Source: Bacteroidota bacterium (GTDB taxonomy: Bacteria > Bacteroidota > Ignavibacteria > Palsa-1295). Taken from it: a DNA stretch of 64,000 nt. The DNA lies in contig JAJPIQ010000032.1 in assembly GCA_021324685.1 (NCBI GenBank), positions 2,878 through 66,877 on the forward strand, in the 5' to 3' direction. The notes under the pieces were generated by a model. The model had not been told where the DNA came from and ran no database searches. It saw only the letters and a program-made list of their open reading frames with translations. Within the stretch, counting starts at the first letter, position 1. Every line of letters begins with the position of its first letter. Positions 12,272-22,704 of this stretch are shown here, one piece after another. A program made the translations under genes and the position numbers.

Positions 12272-14785
12272 ATGGCACACGGGTCCGATCTTTCGATGGA
12301 GGCGCAGACAATGGCCGAGGAGACCCATGCGTACGATCTTCGGATGGCCCATGGATTCCTGGAATCCATTTCGGAACCGTTTCGGCATGCCGCAAGGGAA
12401 CTGGGCTTTGACTCGATCTTTCTTTCCCATGCGCGGCATGCGGCGACCACCGTGGGCAGGGAAGCCCTCGTACGGGAACTTCAACCTGATTCCGACCTCC
12501 TGGCGGTCGACCGCTCGCTCCGGGAGATAAGGGAACTTCGATCGTTCCATATTGCCGGCGAATCTCCTAATTTCGCAGGCCTCAGCGATATTGCTTCGAC
12601 CTTGCACAAGCTCGAAATCGCGGGGAGCTCGCTCTATGCCGAAGAAGGTGCCCGTGTGCTTTCGACGCTCAAGGCGATGCGCGGCCTCAGGGAATTCTTT
12701 TCCCGCAGGGCAAAAGAAATGCCGGTCTTGTGGAAGACAGCCGTTCAGCTCTTCGAGGACCGGCTGCTCGAAATGCACTTCGACCAGGTCTTCGAGGCAG
12801 ACGGATCGATCAAGGACACGGCGAGTCCGGAACTTCGACGCATACGCCGGGAAATTCTCTCGACGGGCGAAATACTTCGCGCTCGCCTGGGTGCCGTCCT
12901 GAGGCGGCTCTCCGGTGAGGAATTCGTTCGAGAAGAGATCGTGACACAACGCGAGGGGCGATACGTCATCCCGGTGAAAGTCGAGCATAAACGCCGCGTG
13001 CCGGGCTTCATTCATTCCGTCTCGCAGACCGGCCAAACGGTCTTTATCGAGCCGAGCGAAACCCTGGAACTCAATAATGAACTTCGATCGCTGGAATTTG
13101 CGGAACAGCGGGAGATCGACCGCATCCTTCGGGACCTTGCGGATCTGGTTCGCGAGTCCATTCCGAAGCTGCAGCTTTCCCTTGGGTCCGCGGCGCATCT
13201 GGACGCCGTCCATGCAAAAACGCGCTACGCGCTCGATATCGACGCGAGCGATGCGACGCTCGAAGCGCATGCAGATCCTACGGAGCGGATATTAGAACTA
13301 AAAGATGCCCGGCATCCGCTGCTCCTGGAAAAATTAGGGCGTGAACGAACGGTCCCACTCTCGATCCAGATGGATCACGAGCACCGCACGCTGGTCCTTA
13401 CCGGCCCGAACGCAGGAGGGAAAACCGTATTGCTCAAAACGATCGGTCTCCTGGCGCTCATGGCCCACGCCGGAATTCCGGTCCCGGCTTCGCATGGCGC
13501 CCGCATTCCGAAGATGGACGGGATTTACGTCGAGATCGGCGACGCACAGTCCATTGCCGATGACCTGAGCACGTTCAGTTCCCACGTGACCGCGATCGCC
13601 GCGATCCTGAGCGAGGTAACGAATGAGAGCCTCGTATTATTGGACGAATTGGGTGGCGGGACCGCCCCGGAAGAGGGGGGTGCGCTGGCAGAAAGTATCC
13701 TCGAATATGTCACGCGAATCCATGCCCTGACGATCGCCACGACGCATTACGGACGCCTTGCGGCCTATGCGGAAGCCTCTGCCGGCGTTGCAAATGGTTC
13801 CATGGAATTCGACCGTACGTCGCTTTCGCCGACGTTCCGATTTCGAATGGGGATTCCGGGCAGTTCGCATGCGTTCGATATCGCCGAACGGTTTGGCCTT
13901 AAAAAATCCATTGTGACGAGAGCGCGAGTGTTGCGAGGCGAAGAAGGCGCCCGCATCGAGGATTTAGTCGCCTCTCTCTCCGCGCTGGAACGAGATGCCA
14001 AAGATCGAAAACGCGAGGCCGAGCGAGAACTTGGCAGCGCGCGCGCGGCACGGATCCTTTCGGAGCAGCAACGCGACGAAGCCGAGTCTATCCGTCGAAC
14101 GGCGAAACAGCGGGCCTCGGAAGAAGCAGAAGCGATCCTGAAACGCGCCAATCAATTTATCGAGCGCGCGGTACGCGAAGCGAAAGAAACGGTGACGTCT
14201 TCTGCAAAGCCCGCGGACGGCCACGAAACACTTCGCTCGGTCCGTGCGCGTCAGGAGCAGGAACGAAAAAAAATCCTGGAACATCTGTCGGCCCCCGAAC
14301 CGACGGCCCCGGCACCGAGAAAACAGGAAGAAATCATGGTCGGCGCGACCGTTCGCCTGACAAGCAATCCCTCTCAGGTCGGCACGGTCCTTTCGATGAA
14401 GGGGAACGATGTCGAAATCGCCGTCGGCTCGCTCCGAATGCGCACAAAACGCGATCAGCTCGAAACGGTGACCCGAGCGGAAGCAATAGAACGGACGCCG
14501 CGAAATGAAATTTCCGAGACGACGAAATATCTCGCGGAAGCTGCGGAGCCTCGGATCGACCTTCGAGGGGAGTATGGCGACGATGCCGTAATCAAAGTCG
14601 ATCGTTTCCTGGCGGATGCTTCTGCCCATGGACTGGACCGTGTCGAAATCATTCACGGCCACGGGACCGGCGCTCTCAGCCGCCGTATTTCGATGCACCT
14701 CAAAGGCCATCCCATTGTTTCAACCTATCGCTTCGGCGAACCGAGTGAAGGCGGCGCCGGAGTAACGATCGTGGAATTAAAATAA
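12272..14785 (+). CDS. mutS2: Endonuclease MutS2 (MutS domain + C-terminal Smr)
   Basis: Walker A LTGPNAGGKTVLLKTIGL on an 837-aa protein, with a C-terminal Smr domain (IIHGHGTGALS...VTIVELK). Confidence 0.9.
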   Translation: MAHGSDLSMEAQTMAEETHAYDLRMAHGFLESISEPFRHAARELGFDSIFLSHARHAATTVGREALVRELQPDSDLLAVDRSLREIRELRSFHIAGESPNFAGLSDIASTLHKLEIAGSSLYAEEGARVLSTLKAMRGLREFFSRRAKEMPVLWKTAVQLFEDRLLEMHFDQVFEADGSIKDTASPELRRIRREILSTGEILRARLGAVLRRLSGEEFVREEIVTQREGRYVIPVKVEHKRRVPGFIHSVSQTGQTVFIEPSETLELNNELRSLEFAEQREIDRILRDLADLVRESIPKLQLSLGSAAHLDAVHAKTRYALDIDASDATLEAHADPTERILELKDARHPLLLEKLGRERTVPLSIQMDHEHRTLVLTGPNAGGKTVLLKTIGLLALMAHAGIPVPASHGARIPKMDGIYVEIGDAQSIADDLSTFSSHVTAIAAILSEVTNESLVLLDELGGGTAPEEGGALAESILEYVTRIHALTIATTHYGRLAAYAEASAGVANGSMEFDRTSLSPTFRFRMGIPGSSHAFDIAERFGLKKSIVTRARVLRGEEGARIEDLVASLSALERDAKDRKREAERELGSARAARILSEQQRDEAESIRRTAKQRASEEAEAILKRANQFIERAVREAKETVTSSAKPADGHETLRSVRARQEQERKKILEHLSAPEPTAPAPRKQEEIMVGATVRLTSNPSQVGTVLSMKGNDVEIAVGSLRMRTKRDQLETVTRAEAIERTPRNEISETTKYLAEAAEPRIDLRGEYGDDAVIKVDRFLADASAHGLDRVEIIHGHGTGALSRRISMHLKGHPIVSTYRFGEPSEGGAGVTIVELK

Positions 14786-14786
14786 C

Positions 14787-16232
14787 GTGAAGCTGCAAAC
14801 GATTTTTATTGCTAACCGGGGCGAGATCGCTCGGCGTGTGATCCGTTCCGCAAAAGAGTGCGGCTATGCTACGTCCGTAGCGTATTCTCCGCACGATCGC
14901 ACCGCGCTTTTTGTCCGAGAAAGCGACCGCTCCTGCCGGCTTGCCGGGAATTCGCCGAAAGATTCGTATCTCGATATCGAGCAGGTCCTGCGTGCCGCAA
15001 AAGAAGCACGGGCCGATGCGGTTCATCCGGGATACGGATTCCTGAGCGAGAATGCCGCTTTTAGCGAAGCGGTAACGAAAGCGGGAATGAAATTTATCGG
15101 TCCGAGCCCGGAAGCGATCGATCTCCTCGGCGATAAAACGAAAGCGCGCTCGCTCGCGCGAAAACTCGGCATTCCGACGCCCGACGGAACGGTCTCGGAG
15201 ATAACATCGAGCGCCGAAGCGATCGAGCAGGCCCGCGCGATCGGCTATCCGGTATTGCTCAAAGCGGCCGCCGGAGGCGGCGGGAAAGGAATGCGAATGG
15301 TCGAGCGTGAAGAAGATCTCTTGCAGAGCCTGGAACGCGCGCGTGGTGAGGCGAACAGCGCGTTCGGCGACGATCGCGTCTATCTTGAAAAGTATATTCT
15401 CAAGCCGCGCCACATCGAGTTCCAGGTATTGGCCGATCGTCATGGGAACGCGATTCATTTGGGAGAGCGCGAATGTTCGATCCAGCGACGGCATCAGAAA
15501 CTCCTGGAAGAGTCCCCCTCGTCCGTTCTCACGCCTGAGTTACGCCGTGAAATGGGTGAGGCGGCGATCGAGCTGGTGAAGCAGGCGCGGTATGAAGGGG
15601 CCGGGACGGTCGAATTTTTAGTGGGCCAGGACCTTCGCTATTATTTTCTCGAAGTCAATACGCGCTTACAAGTGGAGCACCCGGTAACGGAATTCGTGAC
15701 GGGGCTCGATCTGGTCCGCGAACAATTTCGTATTGCGGAAGGCGAGCGCGTAAGTCCGAACCCGGGCCCGCGGGGTCATGCGATCGAGGCCCGCATCCAG
15801 GCGGAAGACGTTTGGAACGATTTCCTTCCGAGTCTTGGAACGATCGCGTTCGTACGCCATCCTGCCGGTGCGTTCGTCCGTAACGATAGTGCCCTGTTTG
15901 CCGGGCTGGAAGTATCCGGTTACTACGATTCGCTCCTTTCAAAACTGATCGTATGGGATACCGACCGATCACACGCCATCGGGCGGATGGAACGCGCCCT
16001 GAGCGAGATGCGCATAGCAGGTGTTTCGACGACGATGCCGTTTGCGGCCTTCGTTATGCGAAACTCGGCGTTTCGGGCCGGAGCCTTATCGACGGCCTTT
16101 ATCGAGGAAGAATTTGGAACGGAAACCCGAGAAAAAGAATATAATAATTATCGAACTCGCTCGATCACTGCGTTTGCTGCCGCACAAGGTTGGATCGAGA
16201 AGCGGCGCAGGAATGCGAGGTTTGTTGCATGA
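14787..16232 (+). CDS. accC: Biotin carboxylase (acetyl-CoA carboxylase subunit AccC-like)
   Basis: MKLQTIFIANRGEIARRVIRS and an ATP-grasp core (GGGGKGMRMV); 481 aa. Confidence 0.9.
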   Translation: MKLQTIFIANRGEIARRVIRSAKECGYATSVAYSPHDRTALFVRESDRSCRLAGNSPKDSYLDIEQVLRAAKEARADAVHPGYGFLSENAAFSEAVTKAGMKFIGPSPEAIDLLGDKTKARSLARKLGIPTPDGTVSEITSSAEAIEQARAIGYPVLLKAAAGGGGKGMRMVEREEDLLQSLERARGEANSAFGDDRVYLEKYILKPRHIEFQVLADRHGNAIHLGERECSIQRRHQKLLEESPSSVLTPELRREMGEAAIELVKQARYEGAGTVEFLVGQDLRYYFLEVNTRLQVEHPVTEFVTGLDLVREQFRIAEGERVSPNPGPRGHAIEARIQAEDVWNDFLPSLGTIAFVRHPAGAFVRNDSALFAGLEVSGYYDSLLSKLIVWDTDRSHAIGRMERALSEMRIAGVSTTMPFAAFVMRNSAFRAGALSTAFIEEEFGTETREKEYNNYRTRSITAFAAAQGWIEKRRRNARFVA

Positions 16233-16244
16233 TTAATCAATGTT

Positions 16245-16511
16245 ATGGCTGTCCGTCAATGCCCTGTCTGTTTGTCCAAATCCACACTTTCGCCATCGCA
16301 CCGCCGAGACTCCAATGAAGGGTTTCTTGCGGTCGTGATGCCGCTCATTCGGCCATTCCGATGTTCTGCCTGTAACTGGCGCGGCATGATGGGCCGCTTT
16401 CCGCTCGCGCGGCACAATACGGCGAACATGGCGTTCAATGCCTTGGTATTCATCGCTTTCGTTGTTGGAGCGCTCATTGTTTTGCGCACGGCCCTGCACC
16501 CCGCTTCCTGA
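16245..16511 (+). CDS. Small zinc-ribbon membrane protein (hypothetical)
   Basis: 88 aa with two CxxC pairs (CPVC, CSAC) and a C-terminal hydrophobic helix. No homology call is possible. Confidence 0.3.
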   Translation: MAVRQCPVCLSKSTLSPSHRRDSNEGFLAVVMPLIRPFRCSACNWRGMMGRFPLARHNTANMAFNALVFIAFVVGALIVLRTALHPAS

Positions 16512-16550
16512 GGACGAATGTGACGGATTTCTTGTTTACCCCGGAAATCC

Positions 16551-18848
16551 ATGCAGCCAATCATCTCGACCTTTTCGCAAGCAGAACAGATCGCCATCGA
16601 ACTCGGACTTTTAAAAGAGGAGTTCGAAACAATCGTTACCATTCTCGACGGCCGTTTACCCACCTACACGGAACTTGGAATTTTTTCGGTGATGTGGAGT
16701 GAGCACTGTTCCTACAAGAATAGTATCTCCATCATTAAAACGCTTCCGCGAAAAGGAGGCCGGCTGTTGGTCGAGGCCGGTGAGGAAAATGCCGGACTGG
16801 TTGATATTGGCGAAGGACTTGCCGTCGCATTCAAGATCGAATCGCACAACCATCCTTCGGCAGTCGAGCCATACCAGGGTGCGGCGACGGGGGTGGGCGG
16901 CATTCTCCGCGATATTTTTACCATGGGCGCGCGGCCCATTGCAGCCCTGAATTCTCTGCGCTTTGGACCGCTGGACGGCCAGACCGAAGAGGCCAGTTCC
17001 GAGCGGACCAAATATTTAGTTCGGGGAGTTGTGCACGGCATTGGCGATTATGGGAACTCGTTTGGAGTACCGACGGTCGCGGGCGAAGTTTATTTCGATC
17101 CCTGCTACCAGGGAAATCCTCTGGTGAATGCCATGGCCGTCGGCATCGTCGAGCATGGCAACACGGTGAGTGCGACGGCGAGCGGGGTCGGGAATGTCGT
17201 CATGATCGTCGGTTCCCGGACGGGCCGCGATGGTATTCATGGTGCGAGTTTGCTGGCCAGCGCCGTCTTTAGCGAAGCCGCGGAATCGCTGCGTCCCACC
17301 GTCCAGGTCGGAGATCCATTCGCAGAAAAGCTTTTACTCGAGGCGACGTTGGAAGCGATCGCAGCGGGACTCGTCGTCGGAATGCAGGACATGGGTGCGG
17401 CGGGTATTAGCTGTTCGACCGCAGAGATGAGCGCCAAAGCGGGAACGGGAATGAAAATCGATCTCGATCGCGTACCGCTGCGCGAAGTGGGGATGTCGGC
17501 CTTCGAGATCATGCTCTCGGAATCCCAGGAACGAATGCTGGTCGTGGTGAGACCGGAAGATGTCGGAGGGATTCAGGCGATTTTCCAAAAGTGGGACTTG
17601 CAGGCGGAGATTGTGGGTGAGGTGACGAATACGGGCCGGGTCGTGATCGATTACGAAGGCGAGCGCGTCGCCGATATACCGGCAAAAGCGCTGGCGCTGG
17701 GGGGCGATATGACGCCCGTGTATCGACGTGAATCCCACGAACCGAAATATTTGAAAGAGGTCCGGTCGTACGATGTTTCGAATCTTTCGGATGTGGAGGA
17801 TTCGGGTGCGATGCTGCGAACGCTGCTGGCTTCTCCGAATATTGCTTCCAAGCGATGGGTCTTCGAACAGTACGATTCGATGGTCCGAACGAATTCCCTT
17901 TATTTGACGGGCAGCGATGCCGCCGTGGTTCGTATCAAAGGGACCACGAAGGGACTCGCGATGAAAACGGACTGTAATTCGCGCTATGTTTATCTCGATC
18001 CTTACCGTGGAGGGACGATCGCCGTTGCGGAAGCGGCACGAAACATCGCGTGTACCGGAGCAACACCGATCGGGGTGACCAACTGCCTTAATTTCGGAAA
18101 TCCATACGACCCGGAAGTTTATTATCAGTTCCGTGAAGCGGTGCGCGGCATGGGCGATGCATGTAACGCCTTCGAAACCCCGGTGACCGGCGGGAACGTG
18201 AGTTTTTACAACGAAAGCCCCAGCGGAGCGATCTATCCGACGCCGACCATCGGCATGATCGGTCTCATCGAGGATGTTACGCGGGTCGTTTCCAGCGAGT
18301 TCAAAGCGGAAGGCGATGCGATCGTTCTCCTTACGGCTGCAGACCCATCGAACGCCACCGATGGACTGGGCGGCAGCGAATATCTCTATCGGCGTACGGG
18401 AACGGTTACCGGCACGGCTCCGGCCTGCGATCTCGCAAAGCAAGCGGAACTCGTTCGTGCGCTTATCGAGCTTGCCGATAAACGGTTGCTCCATTCGGCG
18501 CACGATGTGAGCGAAGGGGGCATAGCGGTTGCGCTTGCAGAATGCTGCTTCGGCCAGAGCACGGAAAACCCATTGGGTGCGAATGTAACGTTTTCTTCTC
18601 CCGAGCGCCGAGATGGGACTCTGTTCGCCGAACGGCAGGGAATTGCGGTCCTCTCTTGCGAAGAAAAAAATGTGGCAGAGATTGTCGCCATAGCCCGGAA
18701 GCACGGTCTTCAGGCAGATCGAATTGGAACGGTTGAAGGCCGACGTCTCAGGATTGGCGAATGGATCGATGAGGCGGTAGAGGAGCTTTATGAGATCTAT
18801 TCGACTGCGCTACCTTCGGCGTTAGGCGAAGGTGTCCCGGTCGCGTAA
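16551..18848 (+). CDS. purL: Phosphoribosylformylglycinamidine synthase subunit PurL
   Basis: 765 aa with the typical PurL blocks (GAATGVGGILRDI, NPLVNAMAVG). Confidence 0.9.
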   Translation: MQPIISTFSQAEQIAIELGLLKEEFETIVTILDGRLPTYTELGIFSVMWSEHCSYKNSISIIKTLPRKGGRLLVEAGEENAGLVDIGEGLAVAFKIESHNHPSAVEPYQGAATGVGGILRDIFTMGARPIAALNSLRFGPLDGQTEEASSERTKYLVRGVVHGIGDYGNSFGVPTVAGEVYFDPCYQGNPLVNAMAVGIVEHGNTVSATASGVGNVVMIVGSRTGRDGIHGASLLASAVFSEAAESLRPTVQVGDPFAEKLLLEATLEAIAAGLVVGMQDMGAAGISCSTAEMSAKAGTGMKIDLDRVPLREVGMSAFEIMLSESQERMLVVVRPEDVGGIQAIFQKWDLQAEIVGEVTNTGRVVIDYEGERVADIPAKALALGGDMTPVYRRESHEPKYLKEVRSYDVSNLSDVEDSGAMLRTLLASPNIASKRWVFEQYDSMVRTNSLYLTGSDAAVVRIKGTTKGLAMKTDCNSRYVYLDPYRGGTIAVAEAARNIACTGATPIGVTNCLNFGNPYDPEVYYQFREAVRGMGDACNAFETPVTGGNVSFYNESPSGAIYPTPTIGMIGLIEDVTRVVSSEFKAEGDAIVLLTAADPSNATDGLGGSEYLYRRTGTVTGTAPACDLAKQAELVRALIELADKRLLHSAHDVSEGGIAVALAECCFGQSTENPLGANVTFSSPERRDGTLFAERQGIAVLSCEEKNVAEIVAIARKHGLQADRIGTVEGRRLRIGEWIDEAVEELYEIYSTALPSALGEGVPVA

Positions 18849-18905
18849 GGCCGCAAAGGGTCCGCCGGGAATATATTCCCGTTCCCGAGCGGTTGAGTAG
18901 AGGTA

Positions 18906-20831
18906 ATGTTTACCACACTCCGGGCCAAGGTCTTTGCCGGTTTTCTGCTTATCCTGCTGCTGCTGGCGGGACTGGGCGGCTATGCGATCTATTCGCTGGC
19001 CTCGCTCGCGGACGCGACGAGCGGCGCTCTCGAGCGCAATGCCGTGCAAAGCCTCGCCAATGCGAGCATGTATGAAAGCCTGGTCCGGATCGACGAGGCA
19101 CAACTTCGAATGCTCTCCGGCGATACGGTGGATGCCGGCCCTGTCCTTGTCGAAGAGCCGGCACACTTTTATTTTGCGCTGCAAAATGCCTGGCATGCCA
19201 GCGTACCGCAGGACTCCTCTTCGACCTTGCTCAACGATATCGAGAACCGTTGGGATGATTACCATTCCCATCTCGATTTTTTTTATGGCCTGGCCCTGCA
19301 TCGACCGCTAACCGCCCGCAAATTTTATGAAGATACGCTCGAGCATGAGATCGATACGCTCCGCGCCCGGAACCTCGCACTCCAGGAAGTGAACTTCAAT
19401 GCATTCCAGAATGCCAAACGGCTTGCAAAAACGCGGGCGAAGGATTCCGCGGTCGGCGTTATGCTCGTAGCCGGCTTCGCGCTCGTCTTAGGTTTTATGG
19501 GAAGTTATGTTATCGCCCGGCGCACCATCCGACCGCTTCGGGAACTTACCGATAGCGTGAAAGAGCTGCGCGCCGGCCACCTGGGAACGCATATTCCTAT
19601 TCATGGGGCAGACGAAATCGCCGATCTTGGGTTCGAATTTAACCGGCTCTCGGAACGACTGCAGGAATTCGAAGCGATGAACGTGAGCGAGATCGTCCGC
19701 GAAAAGCAAAAATCGGAAGCGATCATCGAATCGATCGACGATCCGCTGCTACTTTTCGATTCCGGCGGCCATTTGCTGTTGCTCAACAAAGCTGCGGAAG
19801 AATTAACGGGAACACTTCATACGAATGTGCTCGGTCTTCCCCTCGGACAAATCTTTCGAGATCCAAAAGTCAAACGGGACATCGAACGGGCGCTGGAACA
19901 GGCCGCGCGCTCCATCCGAACGCCGGCGAATACGATCGAAGAAATGATGGCGACCGCCCCGCCGATCGTTTCCATCGTGGTACAAGGCCGAATGCGCCAT
20001 TATCGCATTCGTGTTGCACGGATTCTTTCTGCGGAAGCACGAACGGGCGGGAAAGAGCCGGTGGCCGGCGTGCTCGTCCTGTTCACCGACATCACACATT
20101 TCAAAGAATTGGATCAGATGAAGTCGGACTTCATTGCCAAAGTATCGCACGAGTTCCGTACGCCGCTCACTTCCATGACGATGTCGCTCGATATTCTCGG
20201 CGATGAGCTGGTCGGTTCGCTCAACCGCGATCAGCACGACGTGATCGAGACTTCCAAATCCGATGCGCGGCGCCTGTCGAAGCTGATCCGCGATCTTCTT
20301 ACGCTTTCGCGTTTGGAAAGCACGTCCGAAACGAAAGGGGTCGAGGAGGAAACGGATGTTTCTGCGGCGGTCCAGGACGTGATCCGTTCCATGCGCCCGA
20401 TGTACCAGGAGCGCGGCCTTGCGCTCGAGATCGAAGCGATGGACGAGGGACATTACACCATTTCGCAGGAACATTTTACCAGCGTGCTTTCGAACCTCCT
20501 TTCGAACGCTCTGAAATACACGCCGCGCGGTGGCACCGTGACGGTCGGCATGGAGTGGAACGAACATCGGCGGGAACTCTCGGTGCGCGTTCGCGATACG
20601 GGCATTGGGATCGCGCCCCAGGACCAGGAACGAATTTTTGAAAAATTCGTCCAGATCAAGCACCGCGATTCCGCGACGCCGGGCTCCGTCGGGCTGGGGC
20701 TTGCGATCGTCCGGGAAATTGCTGCACGATACAACGGTCGCGTCGAACTCCAGTCGGAGGTCGGAACAGGGAGTACGTTCACGGTCCGGTTTCATCTCGA
20801 GCCGGTTACGCACAAGGAGACGGTAGGATGA
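18906..20831 (+). CDS. Sensor histidine kinase (TM-HAMP-PAS-HisKA-HATPase)
   Basis: N-terminal TM helices on a 641-aa protein. H-box SHEFRTPLTSM and N, G1, G2 boxes are present (LSNALKYTP..., DTGIGI, GLGLAIV). Confidence 0.85.
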   Translation: MFTTLRAKVFAGFLLILLLLAGLGGYAIYSLASLADATSGALERNAVQSLANASMYESLVRIDEAQLRMLSGDTVDAGPVLVEEPAHFYFALQNAWHASVPQDSSSTLLNDIENRWDDYHSHLDFFYGLALHRPLTARKFYEDTLEHEIDTLRARNLALQEVNFNAFQNAKRLAKTRAKDSAVGVMLVAGFALVLGFMGSYVIARRTIRPLRELTDSVKELRAGHLGTHIPIHGADEIADLGFEFNRLSERLQEFEAMNVSEIVREKQKSEAIIESIDDPLLLFDSGGHLLLLNKAAEELTGTLHTNVLGLPLGQIFRDPKVKRDIERALEQAARSIRTPANTIEEMMATAPPIVSIVVQGRMRHYRIRVARILSAEARTGGKEPVAGVLVLFTDITHFKELDQMKSDFIAKVSHEFRTPLTSMTMSLDILGDELVGSLNRDQHDVIETSKSDARRLSKLIRDLLTLSRLESTSETKGVEEETDVSAAVQDVIRSMRPMYQERGLALEIEAMDEGHYTISQEHFTSVLSNLLSNALKYTPRGGTVTVGMEWNEHRRELSVRVRDTGIGIAPQDQERIFEKFVQIKHRDSATPGSVGLGLAIVREIAARYNGRVELQSEVGTGSTFTVRFHLEPVTHKETVG

Positions 20832-22162
20832 AAGGGAACCTCCTGATTGTCGATGACGAGCCGCATATCCTGAAGACGATGTCGATCGGGTTGCGGGCGC
20901 TCGGGTTCGACGTGGCTGCGTTTGAAGATGCGGAAGCGGCCCTCCGAGAGATCGATAAGGACTGGCTTGGCAGCGTGCATTACGATGTCGCGTTTGTCGA
21001 TCTCATGATGTTCCCGATGAACGGGATTACGCTCCTGCAGGAACTTCATCGTCGCATGCCGGACCTGACCGTCGTGATCATCACGGCTCATGCAACGGTC
21101 GATTCGGCGGTGACCGCTATGAAACTCGGAGCGTACGACTATCTTCAAAAGCCGTTCGAACTAAGAGAGCTTACGGAGTTTGTCGAGCGGGTGATGAAGT
21201 CCCACACGCTGCAAAGGTCGAGCGCGCAGAATCACGACATCCTGACGACGAATCCGACGTATCTTGGGATCCTCCGAATGGCGGAGCGTATTGCGGCTTC
21301 GCAGCTTTCGGTACTCATCGAAGGCGAAACCGGTACCGGCAAAGAATTGCTCGCCGACTTTATTCACACGCATAGCGAACGGGCCCAGCAACCGATCGTC
21401 AAGCTGAATTGTGCTGCGCTATCGGCAGAACTGATCGAATCGGAACTCTTCGGTCATGCCAAAGGTGCGTTTACGGGTGCCGTGAAAGATCGCACAGGCC
21501 GGGTGGAATCGGCGAATGGCGGAACGCTTTTTTTAGACGAGATCGGCGAGATGCCTCCGGCGATGCAGGCAAAATTACTTCGGTTTTTACAGAGCGGCGA
21601 ATTCCAACGAGTCGGAGAGAATGAAACCCGTTATGCCGACGTGCGGATCGTGGCAGCGACAAACCGTAATCTCGAAGAAGCGATCGAACGCTCCGAATTT
21701 CGCGAAGATCTTTTTTATCGATTGAGCGGGGTCCGGCTTCTGATTCCTCCCCTTCGTTTTAGAAAAGAAGATATTGTGCCGCTGGCCGAACGGTTCGTTC
21801 GGGCGGCTGAATCTCGAAGCGAGCTTTCGGAGCCTGTAAAATCGGCATTATTGGAATATGACTGGCGGGGCAACGTTCGAGAGCTCGAAAACACGATGCT
21901 CCGAGCGGCCGTACTTGCCGGCAATCGGCAATCGATCGAATTGCAGGACTTACCGAATCATATCGGGAAAACAAACCCTGCCCAGCCATTCGAAGCAACG
22001 GTGGTTAGCAATGGGAGTATGCCGCTGCGCTCGCTGGAAGAAGTCGAACGCGATTACATTGCACTCGTGATCAGCAAGAGCCCCAGTCTCGAAGAAGCGG
22101 CGCGCGTCCTCCGGATCGATAGCGCAACGCTCTGGCGCAAGAGAAAGAAGTATTCGCTATAG
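20828..22162 (+). CDS. Sigma-54-dependent response regulator (NtrC family)
   Basis: REC domain (LIVDDEP) followed by an AAA+ sigma-54 interaction domain (GETGTGKELLADFIH, GAFTGA, ESELFGH) and a C-terminal HTH. It overlaps the kinase gene by 4 nt. Confidence 0.9.
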   Translation: MKGNLLIVDDEPHILKTMSIGLRALGFDVAAFEDAEAALREIDKDWLGSVHYDVAFVDLMMFPMNGITLLQELHRRMPDLTVVIITAHATVDSAVTAMKLGAYDYLQKPFELRELTEFVERVMKSHTLQRSSAQNHDILTTNPTYLGILRMAERIAASQLSVLIEGETGTGKELLADFIHTHSERAQQPIVKLNCAALSAELIESELFGHAKGAFTGAVKDRTGRVESANGGTLFLDEIGEMPPAMQAKLLRFLQSGEFQRVGENETRYADVRIVAATNRNLEEAIERSEFREDLFYRLSGVRLLIPPLRFRKEDIVPLAERFVRAAESRSELSEPVKSALLEYDWRGNVRELENTMLRAAVLAGNRQSIELQDLPNHIGKTNPAQPFEATVVSNGSMPLRSLEEVERDYIALVISKSPSLEEAARVLRIDSATLWRKRKKYSL

Positions 22163-22232
22163 CGTTGGATTTTTAGGAACCTCGGCCCTTGCTTACACGT
22201 TTTTCGGCTCCCTATGCGAACGCATAGGCTAT

Positions 22233-22271
22233 TCCTGAGTAGCTCAGTTGGTTAGAGCATCTGACTGTTAA
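22233..22271 (+). tRNA. tRNA-Asn(GUU) 5' portion (acceptor, D arm, anticodon stem 5' side and loop); gene interrupted after the anticodon loop
   Basis: UCCUGAG-UA-GCUC-AGUUGGUUAG-AGC-A-UCUGA-CUGUUAA matches the tRNA-Asn architecture up to the loop. The following GCCUUGGGAUUGAUUUUUACCC cannot form the anticodon-stem 3' side, T arm or acceptor. Confidence 0.5.
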
Positions 22272-22416
22272 GCCTTGGGATTGATTTTTACCCTCCCTCT
22301 CACGCGTCCCGGGCGCTGTTTTTGCTCCGCTTTCGACAGGCCACGTCACTACGCTTCACTCGTTATCCCGTCGGTATGTTACGCAGTATGTTACGTTTTG
22401 GAACTTTAAATTAGGT

Positions 22417-22448
22417 AATAAAAACGCCCAGTGGGAGCGACCCACTGG
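22417..22448 (-). terminator. Intrinsic terminator for leftward (minus-strand) phage transcription
   Basis: An 8-bp GC stem (CCAGTGGG / CCCACTGG) with a 5-nt loop is followed on the minus strand by UUUUUAU. It lies 260 nt downstream of the last minus-strand phage ORF. Confidence 0.5.
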
Positions 22449-22704
22449 ACGTATCGTTAAAGCTATACGCGACACGCACCTAAACGACAAACGGCGCGCC
22501 ACGCAAGCTTACTATTCCCATCGTAGAGCGACTACGTGGGAACACTTTGCAAGGGATATAAAAGATAACTACCTTGAAGCTGGTGACACAGCGAAGGCTT
22601 GTTCGTTTAGGTAATACGCACAACCAAGGGGCTCGCAATTTAGATTCGCGGCTCAGAACAGAGTTTAACCCATATCTCGATTCCCGCCTAAATCATCGCC
22701 CTCA

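Noticed and set aside
22211-22228. The perfect palindrome CCTATGCGaaCGCATAGG just upstream of the tRNA-Asn fragment was considered as an att arm site or terminator.
   Set aside because: It is a single copy with no partner elsewhere in the window and no U-tract, so no function can be supported.
22374-22396. A short direct repeat TATGTTACG x2 was seen between the broken tRNA and the phage genes.
   Set aside because: Two 9-nt copies could arise by chance. It is noted only as a possible integrase arm-site candidate.
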